A stretch of 64,000 nt of DNA from Candidatus Poriferihabitaceae bacterium (GTDB taxonomy: Bacteria > Pseudomonadota > Gammaproteobacteria > Arenicellales > Poriferihabitantaceae), in the NCBI GenBank assembly GCA_965226545.1, contig OZ245364.1, positions 1,067,890-1,131,889 on the forward strand, read 5' to 3'. Positions within the stretch are counted from its first letter, which is position 1. Each line of letters opens with the position of its first letter. Position numbers and translations under genes: made by a program. The notes under the pieces were generated by a model, which was not told where the DNA came from, searched no databases, and saw nothing but the letters and a program-made list of their open reading frames with translations. This document shows, piece by piece, positions 38,417 through 47,932 of this stretch.

Positions 38417-39726
38417 TGGCAAACAACGTCGTCGTGCTCGGCGCCCAATGGGGCGACGAAGGCAAGGGCAAAATCGTCGACCTGTTGACCGAGCGCGCCG
38501 ATGCGGTGGTGCGCTTTCAAGGCGGACACAACGCCGGGCACACCCTGGTCATCGACGGCAACAAGACCGTGCTGCATTTGGTGCCGTCGGGCGCGTTGCG
38601 CGAACAAGCCGAATGTTTGATAGGCAACGGCGTGGTGGTCGATACCGCGCAGTTGCTCGATGAAATCCGCCGCCTCGACCAAGCCGACGTATCGATGCAT
38701 GGACGGCTGTTGGTCAGCCGCGCCTGCCCGATGATTTTGCCGCATCATGTTGCGCTGGATGTTGCGCGCGAACACAAACGCGGGCGCAATGCAATCGGCA
38801 CCACCGGGCGCGGCATCGGCCCGGCGTATGAAGACAAAATCGCGCGCCGCGGCCTGCGACTCGGCGATTTGCAAAATCCAACGGCGTTCGCCGCGCGCCT
38901 CGAGGAATTAACCGATTATCACAACTTCGCGCTCGAACATTATTACCGCGCCGCGCCGATTGATTATCAACAGACCTTGCAACGCGCGCTGGCCGACGGC
39001 GAACGAATCAAAGCGATGCTCGGCGATGTCGGCGCGCGGCTTGCGCAATTGCGCGCCGAAAAAAAGGCGGTGTTGTTCGAAGGCGCACAAGGCGCGTTAT
39101 TGGACATCGACCACGGCACCTATCCGTTTGTCACCTCGTCCAACACAATCGCCGCGGCCGCATCGATTGGCGCCGGCGTCGGCGCGCGCCAATTGGAATA
39201 CGTGCTCGGCATATGCAAGGCGTATGCCACGCGCGTCGGCGCCGGCCCGTTTCCGACCGAATTATCCGACGCCGTCGGCGCGCAATTGGGCGAACGCGGC
39301 GCTGAATTCGGCGCCACCACCGGACGCGCACGACGTTGCGGTTGGTTCGATGCGGTGATGATGCGCCGTTGCGTGCAGGTGAGCGCGCCCGATGCGTTGT
39401 GCATCACCAAGTTGGATGTGCTCGACGAATTGCCCGAAATCCAACTTTGCGTCGCGTATCAACGACGCGGCGAACGCCTCGACACGCCGCCGAGCGACGC
39501 CGAAGTGTTGGCCGAATGCACGCCGGTGTATGAAACAATGCCCGGCTGGCGCAGCCCGACCGGCGACGTGCGCACGCGCGACGATTTGCCGGTCAATGCG
39601 CAAAATTATCTGGCGCGTCTTAGTGCGTTAAGCGGGCTGCCGATTGATTTAATATCGACCGGCGCCGAGCGCGACAACACGATTATCGTGCGTCATCCGT
39701 TTGAGGAGGCGACAACGCGCGATTAG
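38416..39726 (+). CDS. purA: Adenylosuccinate synthetase
   Basis: Start [22 protein letters not shown] (P-loop), overlapping the previous stop as TGATG. Motifs GGHNAGHT and [13 protein letters not shown]. Confidence 0.97.
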   Translation: MANNVVVLGAQWGDEGKGKIVDLLTERADAVVRFQGGHNAGHTLVIDGNKTVLHLVPSGALREQAECLIGNGVVVDTAQLLDEIRRLDQADVSMHGRLLVSRACPMILPHHVALDVAREHKRGRNAIGTTGRGIGPAYEDKIARRGLRLGDLQNPTAFAARLEELTDYHNFALEHYYRAAPIDYQQTLQRALADGERIKAMLGDVGARLAQLRAEKKAVLFEGAQGALLDIDHGTYPFVTSSNTIAAAASIGAGVGARQLEYVLGICKAYATRVGAGPFPTELSDAVGAQLGERGAEFGATTGRARRCGWFDAVMMRRCVQVSAPDALCITKLDVLDELPEIQLCVAYQRRGERLDTPPSDAEVLAECTPVYETMPGWRSPTGDVRTRDDLPVNAQNYLARLSALSGLPIDLISTGAERDNTIIVRHPFEEATTRD

Positions 39727-39994
39727 CGGGTGTTGTTTTGGTGTACTGTATTAATGGGCGCGCGGTTTGTTCGAGTTTGTTTGAAGTTGTTTTGACTTGT
39801 TGCGACTTGCTTCGACTTGTTTCGACCATCGATGCGCGTTTTGATTTTTCGATTTTGTGATTGTTAATTTGGTAATTTTTTAATTTGTATGATTTTGTAA
39901 TTTGATTCGATTCGATTTGATTCGATTTAATGACGCTTGTTATTCTTGTTATTCATGTTATTAACTTGACTTTACCCAATCAGAGGAACCGCAA

Positions 39995-41464
39995 ATGAAT
40001 CTTCCGGCAAAGAAGTTGGATGAACCGAAGTTGTATCGTCAACAATGTTACATTGACGGGCAATGGGTCGACGCCGCTGACGGCGCGACGGTCGAGGTCA
40101 TCAACCCGGCCAACGATGAAGTTATCGCCAATGTGCCGAACATGGGTGGGGCTGAGGCGCGCGCGGCGATTGAAAGCGCGGCGCGTGCGTTGCACGATTG
40201 GCGCGCGATGCTCGCCAATGAACGCGCGCAGGCGTTAAAACGCTGGCATCAATTAATGCTGGCCAACGCCGAAGACCTCGCGCAACTCATCACCCTCGAG
40301 CAGGGCAAGACCATCGCCGAATCGCGCGGCGAGATTCAATACGCCGCGTCGTTTTTGGAATGGTTTGCCGAAGAGGCGCGGCGCGTATATGGCGAAGTGA
40401 TTCCGCAACATCAGCGCGACAAACGATTGTTGGTGATTAAACAACCGATAGGCGTGTGCGTTGCGATTACGCCGTGGAATTTTCCATCCGGAATGATTAC
40501 CCGCAAAGTGTGTCCGGCGTTGGCCGCCGGCTGCACGGTGGTGGTCAAGCCGGCGATGCAGACGCCGTTGTCGGCGTTGGCGTTGTGCGAACTCGCCGAA
40601 CAAGCCGGCTTGCCCAAGGGCGTGTTGAATGTGGTTACCGGACGCGAAGCCGAAATCGGCGCGGAGATGACTTCGAATCCGCAAGTGCGGCATTTAAGTT
40701 TCACCGGCTCGACCGAAGTCGGGCGGTTGTTGATGAAGCAATGCGCGGATTCGGTGATTCGCGTCGCGTTGGAATTGGGCGGCAATGCGCCGTTCATTGT
40801 GTTCGATGACGCCGATTTGGATGCGGCGGTCGATGGCGCGGTGATGTCCAAATACCGCAACGCCGGGCAAACCTGCATCTGCAGCAATCGAATGTATGTG
40901 CAAGATTCGATTTACGACGAATTCGCGGCCAAGATGGCGGTCAAGGTCGCCAAGTTGCAAACCGGCGACGGTTTTGCCGACGGCGTCGCGCAAGGTCCGA
41001 TGATTGACGCGCATGCGGTCGAGAAGGTCGAGGCGCACATCGCCGACGCGCTCGGCAAAGGCGCGAAAATCACGCTCGGCGGCAAACGCCACGAACTCGG
41101 CGGCAATTATTTTCAGCCGACGATTATGACCGGCGTCAACAACAAGATGAAGGTCGCGCGCGAAGAAACCTTCGGCCCGCTGGCGCCGCTGTTTCGCTTC
41201 AAAGACGAGCAATCGGCCATCGACATGGCAAACAACACCGAATTCGGCTTGGCGTCGTATCTGTACAGCCGCGACTTGGCGCGCATTTGGCGCGTCGCCG
41301 AGGCCTTGGAATACGGCATGGTCGGCGTCAATGCCGGGGTGATTTCCACCGCCGAGATTCCGTTCGGCGGCGTCAAACAATCCGGCATCGGTCGCGAAGG
41401 CGGACGTTGCGGCATCGATGAATATGTCGAGATGAAGTACATCTGTTTGGGCGGCATCGAATAG
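39995..41464 (+). CDS. gabD: NAD(P)-dependent succinate-semialdehyde dehydrogenase
   Basis: Aldehyde dehydrogenase motifs ITPWNFP, FTGSTEVGR, ELGGNAP and the catalytic Cys in GQTCICSNR. The overall pattern is GabD-like. Confidence 0.88.
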   Translation: MNLPAKKLDEPKLYRQQCYIDGQWVDAADGATVEVINPANDEVIANVPNMGGAEARAAIESAARALHDWRAMLANERAQALKRWHQLMLANAEDLAQLITLEQGKTIAESRGEIQYAASFLEWFAEEARRVYGEVIPQHQRDKRLLVIKQPIGVCVAITPWNFPSGMITRKVCPALAAGCTVVVKPAMQTPLSALALCELAEQAGLPKGVLNVVTGREAEIGAEMTSNPQVRHLSFTGSTEVGRLLMKQCADSVIRVALELGGNAPFIVFDDADLDAAVDGAVMSKYRNAGQTCICSNRMYVQDSIYDEFAAKMAVKVAKLQTGDGFADGVAQGPMIDAHAVEKVEAHIADALGKGAKITLGGKRHELGGNYFQPTIMTGVNNKMKVAREETFGPLAPLFRFKDEQSAIDMANNTEFGLASYLYSRDLARIWRVAEALEYGMVGVNAGVISTAEIPFGGVKQSGIGREGGRCGIDEYVEMKYICLGGIE

Positions 41465-41711
41465 GGTTGGTTAACCCGTTGGGCATCGTCGCCTTGTCCG
41501 GTTGGCTGGCGGGCCGGGCGACTTTGTCGATTTTGTTTTCGACTTCGTTGTCGAATGCGGGCGGGTTATTTGTGACTCGTGTACTTTTACTTGCACTTGC
41601 ACTTTTCACTTTTACCGTCTCGTTATGTAACTTGTAACGCGTCACTTGTTACTCGTCACTCGTCATCCACCGTCGCCGTTATCCGTTTAACCGTTAATAA
41701 TTAATAATTAA

Positions 41712-43676
41712 TTAATCATTAATCACTTCTTCAACACCGCGCAACGACTCGCGCAATAAAAATCCGCCGGATTGACGCGCCCATAATTGCGCATACAAGC
41801 CGCCGTCGCGCAGCAATTGTTCGTGGTCGCCTTGTTCGACGATTTTGCCTTGGTCCATAATCACCAAACGATCCATCGCCGCGATGGTCGATAAGCGATG
41901 CGCGATTGCAATCACGGTCTTGCCGTGCATCAAGTTGTATAAACTTTCCTGTATCGCCGCTTCGACTTCCGAATCGAGGGCGCTGGTGGCTTCATCCAAA
42001 ATTAAAATCGGCGCGTTTTTGAGCAGCACACGCGCGATTGCGATGCGTTGGCGTTGTCCGCCGGAAAGTTTAACGCCGCGTTCGCCAACATGCGCGTCGT
42101 AGCCGGTGCGTCCGGCTAAATCCTTTAAGTCCAAAATAAAATCATGCGCGCGCGCTTTTTTTGCGCAAGCGATAATTTCGTCGAGACTGGCGTCGACTTT
42201 GCCGTAGCGAATGTTGTCGGCGACCGAACGATGCAACAGCGAAGTGTCCTGCGTGACCATGCCGATGTGCGCGCGCAGGGATTCTTGGGTGACGCTCGCG
42301 ATGTCGACGCCGTCGATTAAGATGCGACCGTGTTGTAAATCGTAAAAGCGCAACAGCAGATTAACCAACGTTGATTTGCCCGCGCCGGAGCGCCCGACCA
42401 CGCCGATTTTTTCGCCGCCGGCGACGCGCAACGACACGCCGTCAATCACGCCGCCGCTCGGTTTGACGTCGCCGTAATCGAAGCCAATGTTACAAAACCG
42501 CACTTCGCCTTCGCGCACCCGCAGGCGACTCGCGGTTGCGCGGTCGGTCACGGCGACATCGCGCGCAATCATCAACGCGCCGTCTTCGACCACGCCGATG
42601 TTTTCGAACAAGCCGGCAATCTCCCATAAAATCCATTCGGAGATGCCCTGCAATCGCAACACCAAGCCAAGCGCAAACGCAATCGCGCCGACGCTGATGG
42701 CGTCGCCGCTCCACAGCCACAACGCGACCGCGCCGACCGCGGCGAACAGCAGCCCGTTGATGTAATGCAGGGTGAAGTTCATCAGCGTCGCCAATCGCAT
42801 TTGCCGATGCACCGCTTCGAGAAACACTTCCATGCCGGCGCGCGCGTAATTGTCCTCGCGTTCGGCGTGGGCGAACATTTTGACCGTGTGGATGTTGGTG
42901 TAACTGTCGACCGCGCGTCCGGTGACCATCGAGCGCGCTTCGGCTTGTTGCATCGACACCACGCGCATGCGCGGCACAAAATAAAACAGCGTGCACAAAT
43001 AACCAACCAACCAGGCAAGCATCGGCGCGCCGAGCCGCCAATCGCTTTTGGTAAATAACACCAACGCGGCGCTGAAATAAACCAACACATATAAAATCAC
43101 CTCAGTGACTTTAATCACCGCGTCGCGCACGCCGAGCGAGGTTTGCATCATCTTGGCTGCAACCCGTCCGGCAAAATCGTTTTGATAAAACTCGACGCTT
43201 TGGCGCAGCAAATAACGATGCGTTTGCCAGCGGGTGCGCATCGCAAAGTTGCCGAGGATGCCTTGATGAATGAATCCGTCGTGCACAAATTTAAGCGCCG
43301 GCAACAACACCAACACAATCGCGCCGACCCAAATAATTTGCGCGCCGTGCGCCGACCAAAACGCGCCGCGCGACGGCGCCTCGGTTAACCAATCAATCAA
43401 CACGCCGACAAATGAAAACAACAACACTTGCGTCACCGCAATCGCAACCGACAACGCCGCACTGGCCGACAACACCGGCCAAAACGGTTTGGCGTAATGC
43501 CAAACAAAGCCGACCAAGTTGCGCGGCGGCTTGCGCGGTGCGCGCGGCGGGAACGGGTCGCACAGCCGCTCCAATTGGCGAAAGAAGGCGGAAACAAACA
43601 AGGTGAGTTTTGATTTGCGAGGTGGTGCGGGAAAACGATTGCGAGTGAATGGTTGTGAATAAACGATTGCAAACAA
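41712..43676 (-). CDS. ABC transporter, fused permease/ATPase (exporter type)
   Basis: Six-helix TMD plus an NBD with Walker A GRSGAGKST, signature LSGGQRQR and Walker B ILILDEATS. The track start is a TTG inside the 14-nt repeat array, so the true start is probably downstream (about 43590-43620). Confidence 0.9.
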   Translation of the reverse strand: MFAIVYSQPFTRNRFPAPPRKSKLTLFVSAFFRQLERLCDPFPPRAPRKPPRNLVGFVWHYAKPFWPVLSASAALSVAIAVTQVLLFSFVGVLIDWLTEAPSRGAFWSAHGAQIIWVGAIVLVLLPALKFVHDGFIHQGILGNFAMRTRWQTHRYLLRQSVEFYQNDFAGRVAAKMMQTSLGVRDAVIKVTEVILYVLVYFSAALVLFTKSDWRLGAPMLAWLVGYLCTLFYFVPRMRVVSMQQAEARSMVTGRAVDSYTNIHTVKMFAHAEREDNYARAGMEVFLEAVHRQMRLATLMNFTLHYINGLLFAAVGAVALWLWSGDAISVGAIAFALGLVLRLQGISEWILWEIAGLFENIGVVEDGALMIARDVAVTDRATASRLRVREGEVRFCNIGFDYGDVKPSGGVIDGVSLRVAGGEKIGVVGRSGAGKSTLVNLLLRFYDLQHGRILIDGVDIASVTQESLRAHIGMVTQDTSLLHRSVADNIRYGKVDASLDEIIACAKKARAHDFILDLKDLAGRTGYDAHVGERGVKLSGGQRQRIAIARVLLKNAPILILDEATSALDSEVEAAIQESLYNLMHGKTVIAIAHRLSTIAAMDRLVIMDQGKIVEQGDHEQLLRDGGLYAQLWARQSGGFLLRESLRGVEEVIND

Positions 43677-43857
43677 GCGACTGCGAACAAACGGTTACAA
43701 ACAAACGACTGTGAACAAATAACTGCAAGCAAACGACTGTGAATAAACGATTGCAAACAAACAACTACAAGCAAACGGTTGCGAATAAAAAACCGTGAAC
43801 AAATAATTACAAACAAATGATTGCAAATATAACGACTATAAATAAACAACTGCGAAC
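43633..43857. repeat. About 16 tandem copies of a 14-nt unit, consensus AAACGAYTGCRAAC
   Basis: Units read in register: AAACGATTGCGAGT, GAATGGTTGTGAAT, AAACGATTGCAAAC, AAGCGACTGCGAAC, AAACGGTTACAAAC, AAACGACTGTGAAC, AAATAACTGCAAGC, AAACGACTGTGAAT, AAACGATTGCAAAC, AAACAACTACAAGC, AAACGGTTGCGAAT, AAAAAACCGTGAAC, AAATAATTACAAAC, AAATGATTGCAAAT, ATAACGACTATAAAT, AAACAACTGCGAAC. Confidence 0.95.
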
Positions 43858-43973
43858 AAACGATTAAACGATTGGCGATTCAATTGGCGACTGTGAACAA
43901 ACATCGTGACGCGCATCGCAATAATAACAAACGCGCGGCGCGTGTGCGGCGATGCGGTGATTTCGTCTTCGCG

Positions 43974-45194
43974 TTAGGTTGGTTTCGCCGCGCGTTTCAG
44001 GCGATGGCGCAACATCAACAACGCCGCCGCGATTAACAGCCCGGCAATCGGCGCACCGACCGCAAGATAATCATTGTCGCGCAACACGCCGACCGCAAAG
44101 GCGCCGAGCCCGCCGACCACCATCTCGCAGGCGCCGAGCATCGCCGCGGCCGCGCCGGCGTTTTTGTCGGTGCCCAACATCGCCTTGGCCGGTGCCACGG
44201 CAAACAGCGGCGCCAACCCAAAGGTCATCAGCGCAAACGCCGCAGTAAACGTCGTCGGGTTGATTGCATTCGCGAGCATTGCGCCGAACAGCGCCACGCC
44301 GCCGCACAACACCAACGCCAACCCGATGTTGAGCAGTTGCTCGGCGCGGATGAAGTTAATCGCGCGCATGCAAATTAAACTGCCGACAAAATAGGCGAAC
44401 ACAATCGCCGCTTGAAAATAACCGAAATGTTCGGTCGCGATTCCCAATTGGTTAATCAATACAAACGGCGCGCCGGTGATGAACACATACAACACGCCCA
44501 TGCCGATGCCGGTCAAGGCGGCGTAAAAAATGAAATTGTCATCCGCCAACAAGGCGCGATAATCGGCCAGCACCGCGCGAATTCGTCCGGCGCGCGCACT
44601 GGGCGGCGGCGCCGATTCGGGCAGGTGTCGCCAAATCAAAAACGCCACCAACGCGCCGAGCGCGGCGATTAAATAAAAATTCGCGCGCCAACCAAACCAC
44701 ACATGCACATAGCCGCCGAGTATCGGCGCGGCCGCGGGCGCCAATGCAATCGAGACGCCAAAAATTGCCAAGGCGCGCACTTGTTGTTTCTCCGCAAACA
44801 AATCCTTAAAGATGGCGAGGCACACCACGGCCTCGGCCGCGCCCATCGCGCCTTGCACCATGCGCGCGGCGATTAACCAGCCGATGGTTTGCGCCAAGGC
44901 GCAACCGATGCCGGCTGCGCTAAACAACATCATCGCACCGAGCAACACCGGCTTGCGTCCGAAGCGGTCCGACAACGGCCCGTGAATCATCTGCGCGAAG
45001 CCGAACATCAACACGTTTAAACTCACGGTCAATTTAACCGACACCGCATCGGTCGATAACAACGCCGGCAGATGCGGCAAACTCGGCGTGTAAATGTCGG
45101 TCGACATAATGCTGACCGAACTGGCCGCAATCAGCACAAACATTATCACGCCGAATTTAATCGGCGCGCGATGAGTCGGCGGGGCCTGGCGCAT
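43974..45194 (-). CDS. Bcr/CflA-family MFS multidrug efflux transporter
   Basis: 12 TM helices, with the family-typical N-terminus TDIYTPSLPHLPALLSTDAVSVKLTVSLNVLMFGFAQMIHGPLSDRFGRKPVLL. Confidence 0.88.
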   Translation of the reverse strand: MRQAPPTHRAPIKFGVIMFVLIAASSVSIMSTDIYTPSLPHLPALLSTDAVSVKLTVSLNVLMFGFAQMIHGPLSDRFGRKPVLLGAMMLFSAAGIGCALAQTIGWLIAARMVQGAMGAAEAVVCLAIFKDLFAEKQQVRALAIFGVSIALAPAAAPILGGYVHVWFGWRANFYLIAALGALVAFLIWRHLPESAPPPSARAGRIRAVLADYRALLADDNFIFYAALTGIGMGVLYVFITGAPFVLINQLGIATEHFGYFQAAIVFAYFVGSLICMRAINFIRAEQLLNIGLALVLCGGVALFGAMLANAINPTTFTAAFALMTFGLAPLFAVAPAKAMLGTDKNAGAAAAMLGACEMVVGGLGAFAVGVLRDNDYLAVGAPIAGLLIAAALLMLRHRLKRAAKPT

Positions 45195-45239
45195 TAATTA
45201 ATGTATCGACGCTTATCGATGGTTAACGACGCTTATTGT

Positions 45240-46298
45240 TTAACGACGCGGCAGTTGCGCAAGGCGCGCATCGATGTAGGTGCGGGCGAGGTCGAATGGC
45301 GGCGGGTGCGCGCGGGCGGTATCGTGCGCCAACCAAGCGAGGTTGGAGAAACGGCGCATCCAAGTCAGTTGACGTTTCGCCAATTGACGCGTCGCCGCAA
45401 TGGCTTGCGCGCGCATCGTCGAGTAATCGCATGCGCCGCGCAAATGTTGCAGCACTTGCCGATAACCGACCGCGCGCAACGCCGGCAGCGAGTCGATGTC
45501 GAATGTGTCGGGCGCGTCGAGTGCATCTTGCGCATCGCGCGCATCGAACGCGGCATGCAGATTGGCGACGATGGTTTCGACTTCGTCGAGCAAACCGGCA
45601 TCGAGCATTTGCGCAAAGCGCGCTTCGATGGCGGCGTGCAATGCGCTACGCTCGGCGACAAACAGCCCGAGTTTAATAATCGGAAAATCGAAGGCGTGAT
45701 GCGCGCCTTGCGCATCATCGATTAATGCGCTTGGTGCGCGTTGGCTGAGCGCGTAAATCTCGAGCGCGCGACCGATGCGTTGGCGGTCGCTTGGGCGAAT
45801 GCGCGCGGCGGTGCGCGCATCTATGCGCGCCAATTTTGCATGCATTGCATGCGCGCCGAGTTGCGCAAACTCGCGCGCAATTTGTGCGCGCACGGTTGCA
45901 TCGGCGCTCGGCAATTCAGCCAAACCGTTTTCCAAGGCGGAAAAATAAAACATCGTGCCGCCGAGCAAAATCGGCAACTTGCCGCGCGCGTGAATTGCGC
46001 GAATCGCCGTCAATGCATCACGGCAAAATTGCGCCGCGCAATACGGTTGATGCGGTTCGCGAATGTCGATTAAATGATGCGGATGTCGCCGCAAAAATTC
46101 CGCGCACGGTTTGCCGGCGCCGATGTTCATCGTGCGATACACCTGCGCGGCGTCGACGCCGATTAACTCGGCGTCATAATGCGTCGCCAAGGCCGCGCCC
46201 AATTCGGTTTTGCCGGTCGCGGTTGCGCCCAACAAAAAAATCACCGGGCGATTGCAGTGGGCGGCGGACAAGGGTGACGGACGGCGACGGGGATGCAA
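45240..46298 (-). CDS. miaA: tRNA dimethylallyltransferase
   Basis: P-loop LLGATATGKTELG and VDAAQVYRTMNIGAGKP, with the later motif LLGGTMFYF. Confidence 0.93.
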   Translation of the reverse strand: MHPRRRPSPLSAAHCNRPVIFLLGATATGKTELGAALATHYDAELIGVDAAQVYRTMNIGAGKPCAEFLRRHPHHLIDIREPHQPYCAAQFCRDALTAIRAIHARGKLPILLGGTMFYFSALENGLAELPSADATVRAQIAREFAQLGAHAMHAKLARIDARTAARIRPSDRQRIGRALEIYALSQRAPSALIDDAQGAHHAFDFPIIKLGLFVAERSALHAAIEARFAQMLDAGLLDEVETIVANLHAAFDARDAQDALDAPDTFDIDSLPALRAVGYRQVLQHLRGACDYSTMRAQAIAATRQLAKRQLTWMRRFSNLAWLAHDTARAHPPPFDLARTYIDARLAQLPRR

Positions 46299-46671
46299 GA
46301 GAGATTATTGCGGTGCGTTGCGCTTATGCTTGTACGATATGCCTGAGGCGCCAATGTGATGCAACAAGTGCGATGCAATCGGCGCTGCGATTATGCAACA
46401 AACCGCGCGCGATTGCGCAATGCAATCGGTTACCAAAGGCGCGCGCAATTCGCTACAATTCGCGCCGCAAAGCGATGCGCGCATTCGATGGTTGTTTGAT
46501 TCGCGAGTCGTTAATGTTAATCGCGTCACTGTTGTCAGTATTGTCGATGTCATCGGTCTCGTTAAAATTGCGTTCGTCGCGTTCACCTTGTTCATTAATT
46601 TATCGCGCACCCATCCGCTTGCGTTGGCGTCGGTTTATGATTATCCCCGCTTAAGTGTTTGTCTTAATTTA

Positions 46672-47337
46672 ATGCAATCCAATCACCCCCATTTATCCGA
46701 GGCGAAGTTCATGCGCGCGCGCGTGAAGTTGACGGCGGAGTTGCGCCGGCGCGGCATTCGCAATCCGTCGGTGTTGGATGCAATCAAACGCACGCCGCGC
46801 CATTTGTTTATCGACGAAGCGCAAGCGGCGCGCGCGTATGACGATGTCGCGTTGCCGATTGAATGCGGGCAAACCATCTCGCAGCCGTTTATCGTTGCAT
46901 TGATGAGCGCGATGTTGCTCGGCGGCGCGCGTCCGGTGCATCGCGCGCTCGAAATCGGCACCGGTTGCGGCTATCAAAGCGCGGTGCTGGCGCGGTTGGT
47001 CGAGCGGGTGTTTAGCATCGAGCGCATCGGTGCGCTGCATACAAAAGCCAAAACATTGTTTGCGCAATTAAAATTGAACAACATCCGCTGTCGCTATGGC
47101 GACGGTTTTTTCGGCTGGCGCGAACATCAGCCGTATGACGGCATCTTGGTCACCGCCGCACCGCGCGAAGTGCCGCCGCAATTGATTGCGCAACTGGCGC
47201 CCAACGCGCGATTGGTTATCCCGGTCGGCGACGAACTGCAGCGGCTGCGCATCATCACGCGCACCAAAGATGGCGTCGACCAACAGTATTGCGATGCGGT
47301 GCGGTTTGTGCCGATGCGCGGCGGCGCGGTTAAATGA
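46672..47337 (+). CDS. pcm: Protein-L-isoaspartate O-methyltransferase
   Basis: Motifs RTPRHLFIDE, GQTISQPFIVALM, the SAM motif LEIGTGCGYQSAVLA, and VRFVPM. Start trimmed out of repeat-derived upstream sequence. Confidence 0.93.
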   Translation: MQSNHPHLSEAKFMRARVKLTAELRRRGIRNPSVLDAIKRTPRHLFIDEAQAARAYDDVALPIECGQTISQPFIVALMSAMLLGGARPVHRALEIGTGCGYQSAVLARLVERVFSIERIGALHTKAKTLFAQLKLNNIRCRYGDGFFGWREHQPYDGILVTAAPREVPPQLIAQLAPNARLVIPVGDELQRLRIITRTKDGVDQQYCDAVRFVPMRGGAVK

Positions 47338-47912
47338 AACTCTTTCGCGGTTTATATCAACGGGCGATGCGCTGGTCGCGACATCCGCGCGCCGAATGGT
47401 ATTTGGGCGCGGTCAGTTTTACCGAGTCGTCTTTTTTTCCGTTGCCGACGGCGATGATGCTCGCGCCGATGGTGTTGGCGAATCGCGCGCGCGCCTGGCG
47501 ATTGGCCGGCATCGCCACCGTCACTTCGGTCGGCGGCGGACTGCTCGGTTATTTCATCGGCTTGTTGGTGTTCGAACAAATCGGTCAACCGATTATCGAT
47601 TTTTACCACGCCGCTGAAAAATTCGCCGCAATGAAAATTTGGTTTGCGCAATACGGCGTATGGCTGGTGTTGCTGGCCGGGTTTACGCCGATACCCTACA
47701 AGGTGATTACGATTACCTCCGGCGTGTTGGTGTTGCCGTTGGGGTGGTTTGTGATGGCATCGTTCATCGGCCGCGCTTCGCAATTTTTTTTGGTTGCCGC
47801 AGTGTTGTGGTGGGGCGGCGCAAAACTCGAATCTGTGTTGGAAAAATGGATGGAGCCGATTGGCTGGGCGATGGTGGCGCTTGCACTCGGCGGTTATTGG
47901 GCGCTTCGATGA
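47334..47912 (+). CDS. YqaA-family (DedA-superfamily) membrane protein
   Basis: Motifs SFTESSFFPLPTAMMLAPM and FTPIPYKVITITSG. The start overlaps the pcm stop (ATGA). Confidence 0.8.
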   Translation: MKLFRGLYQRAMRWSRHPRAEWYLGAVSFTESSFFPLPTAMMLAPMVLANRARAWRLAGIATVTSVGGGLLGYFIGLLVFEQIGQPIIDFYHAAEKFAAMKIWFAQYGVWLVLLAGFTPIPYKVITITSGVLVLPLGWFVMASFIGRASQFFLVAAVLWWGGAKLESVLEKWMEPIGWAMVALALGGYWALR

Positions 47913-47932
47913 AACGGGCGCTTCGATGAAAC
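47899..47932. repeat. Perfect 17-bp tandem duplication at the yqaA/nlpD junction
   Basis: GGGCGCTTCGATGAAAC occurs twice. Copy 1 supplies the yqaA stop (TGA 47910-47912) and copy 2 supplies the nlpD ATG (47926). Confidence 0.95.

Noticed and set aside
43633-43857. Possibility that the 14-nt array is a CRISPR array or minisatellite-encoded gene.
   Set aside because: The units are contiguous with no unique spacers and are far shorter than CRISPR repeats. No cas genes are present. The period is not divisible by 3.
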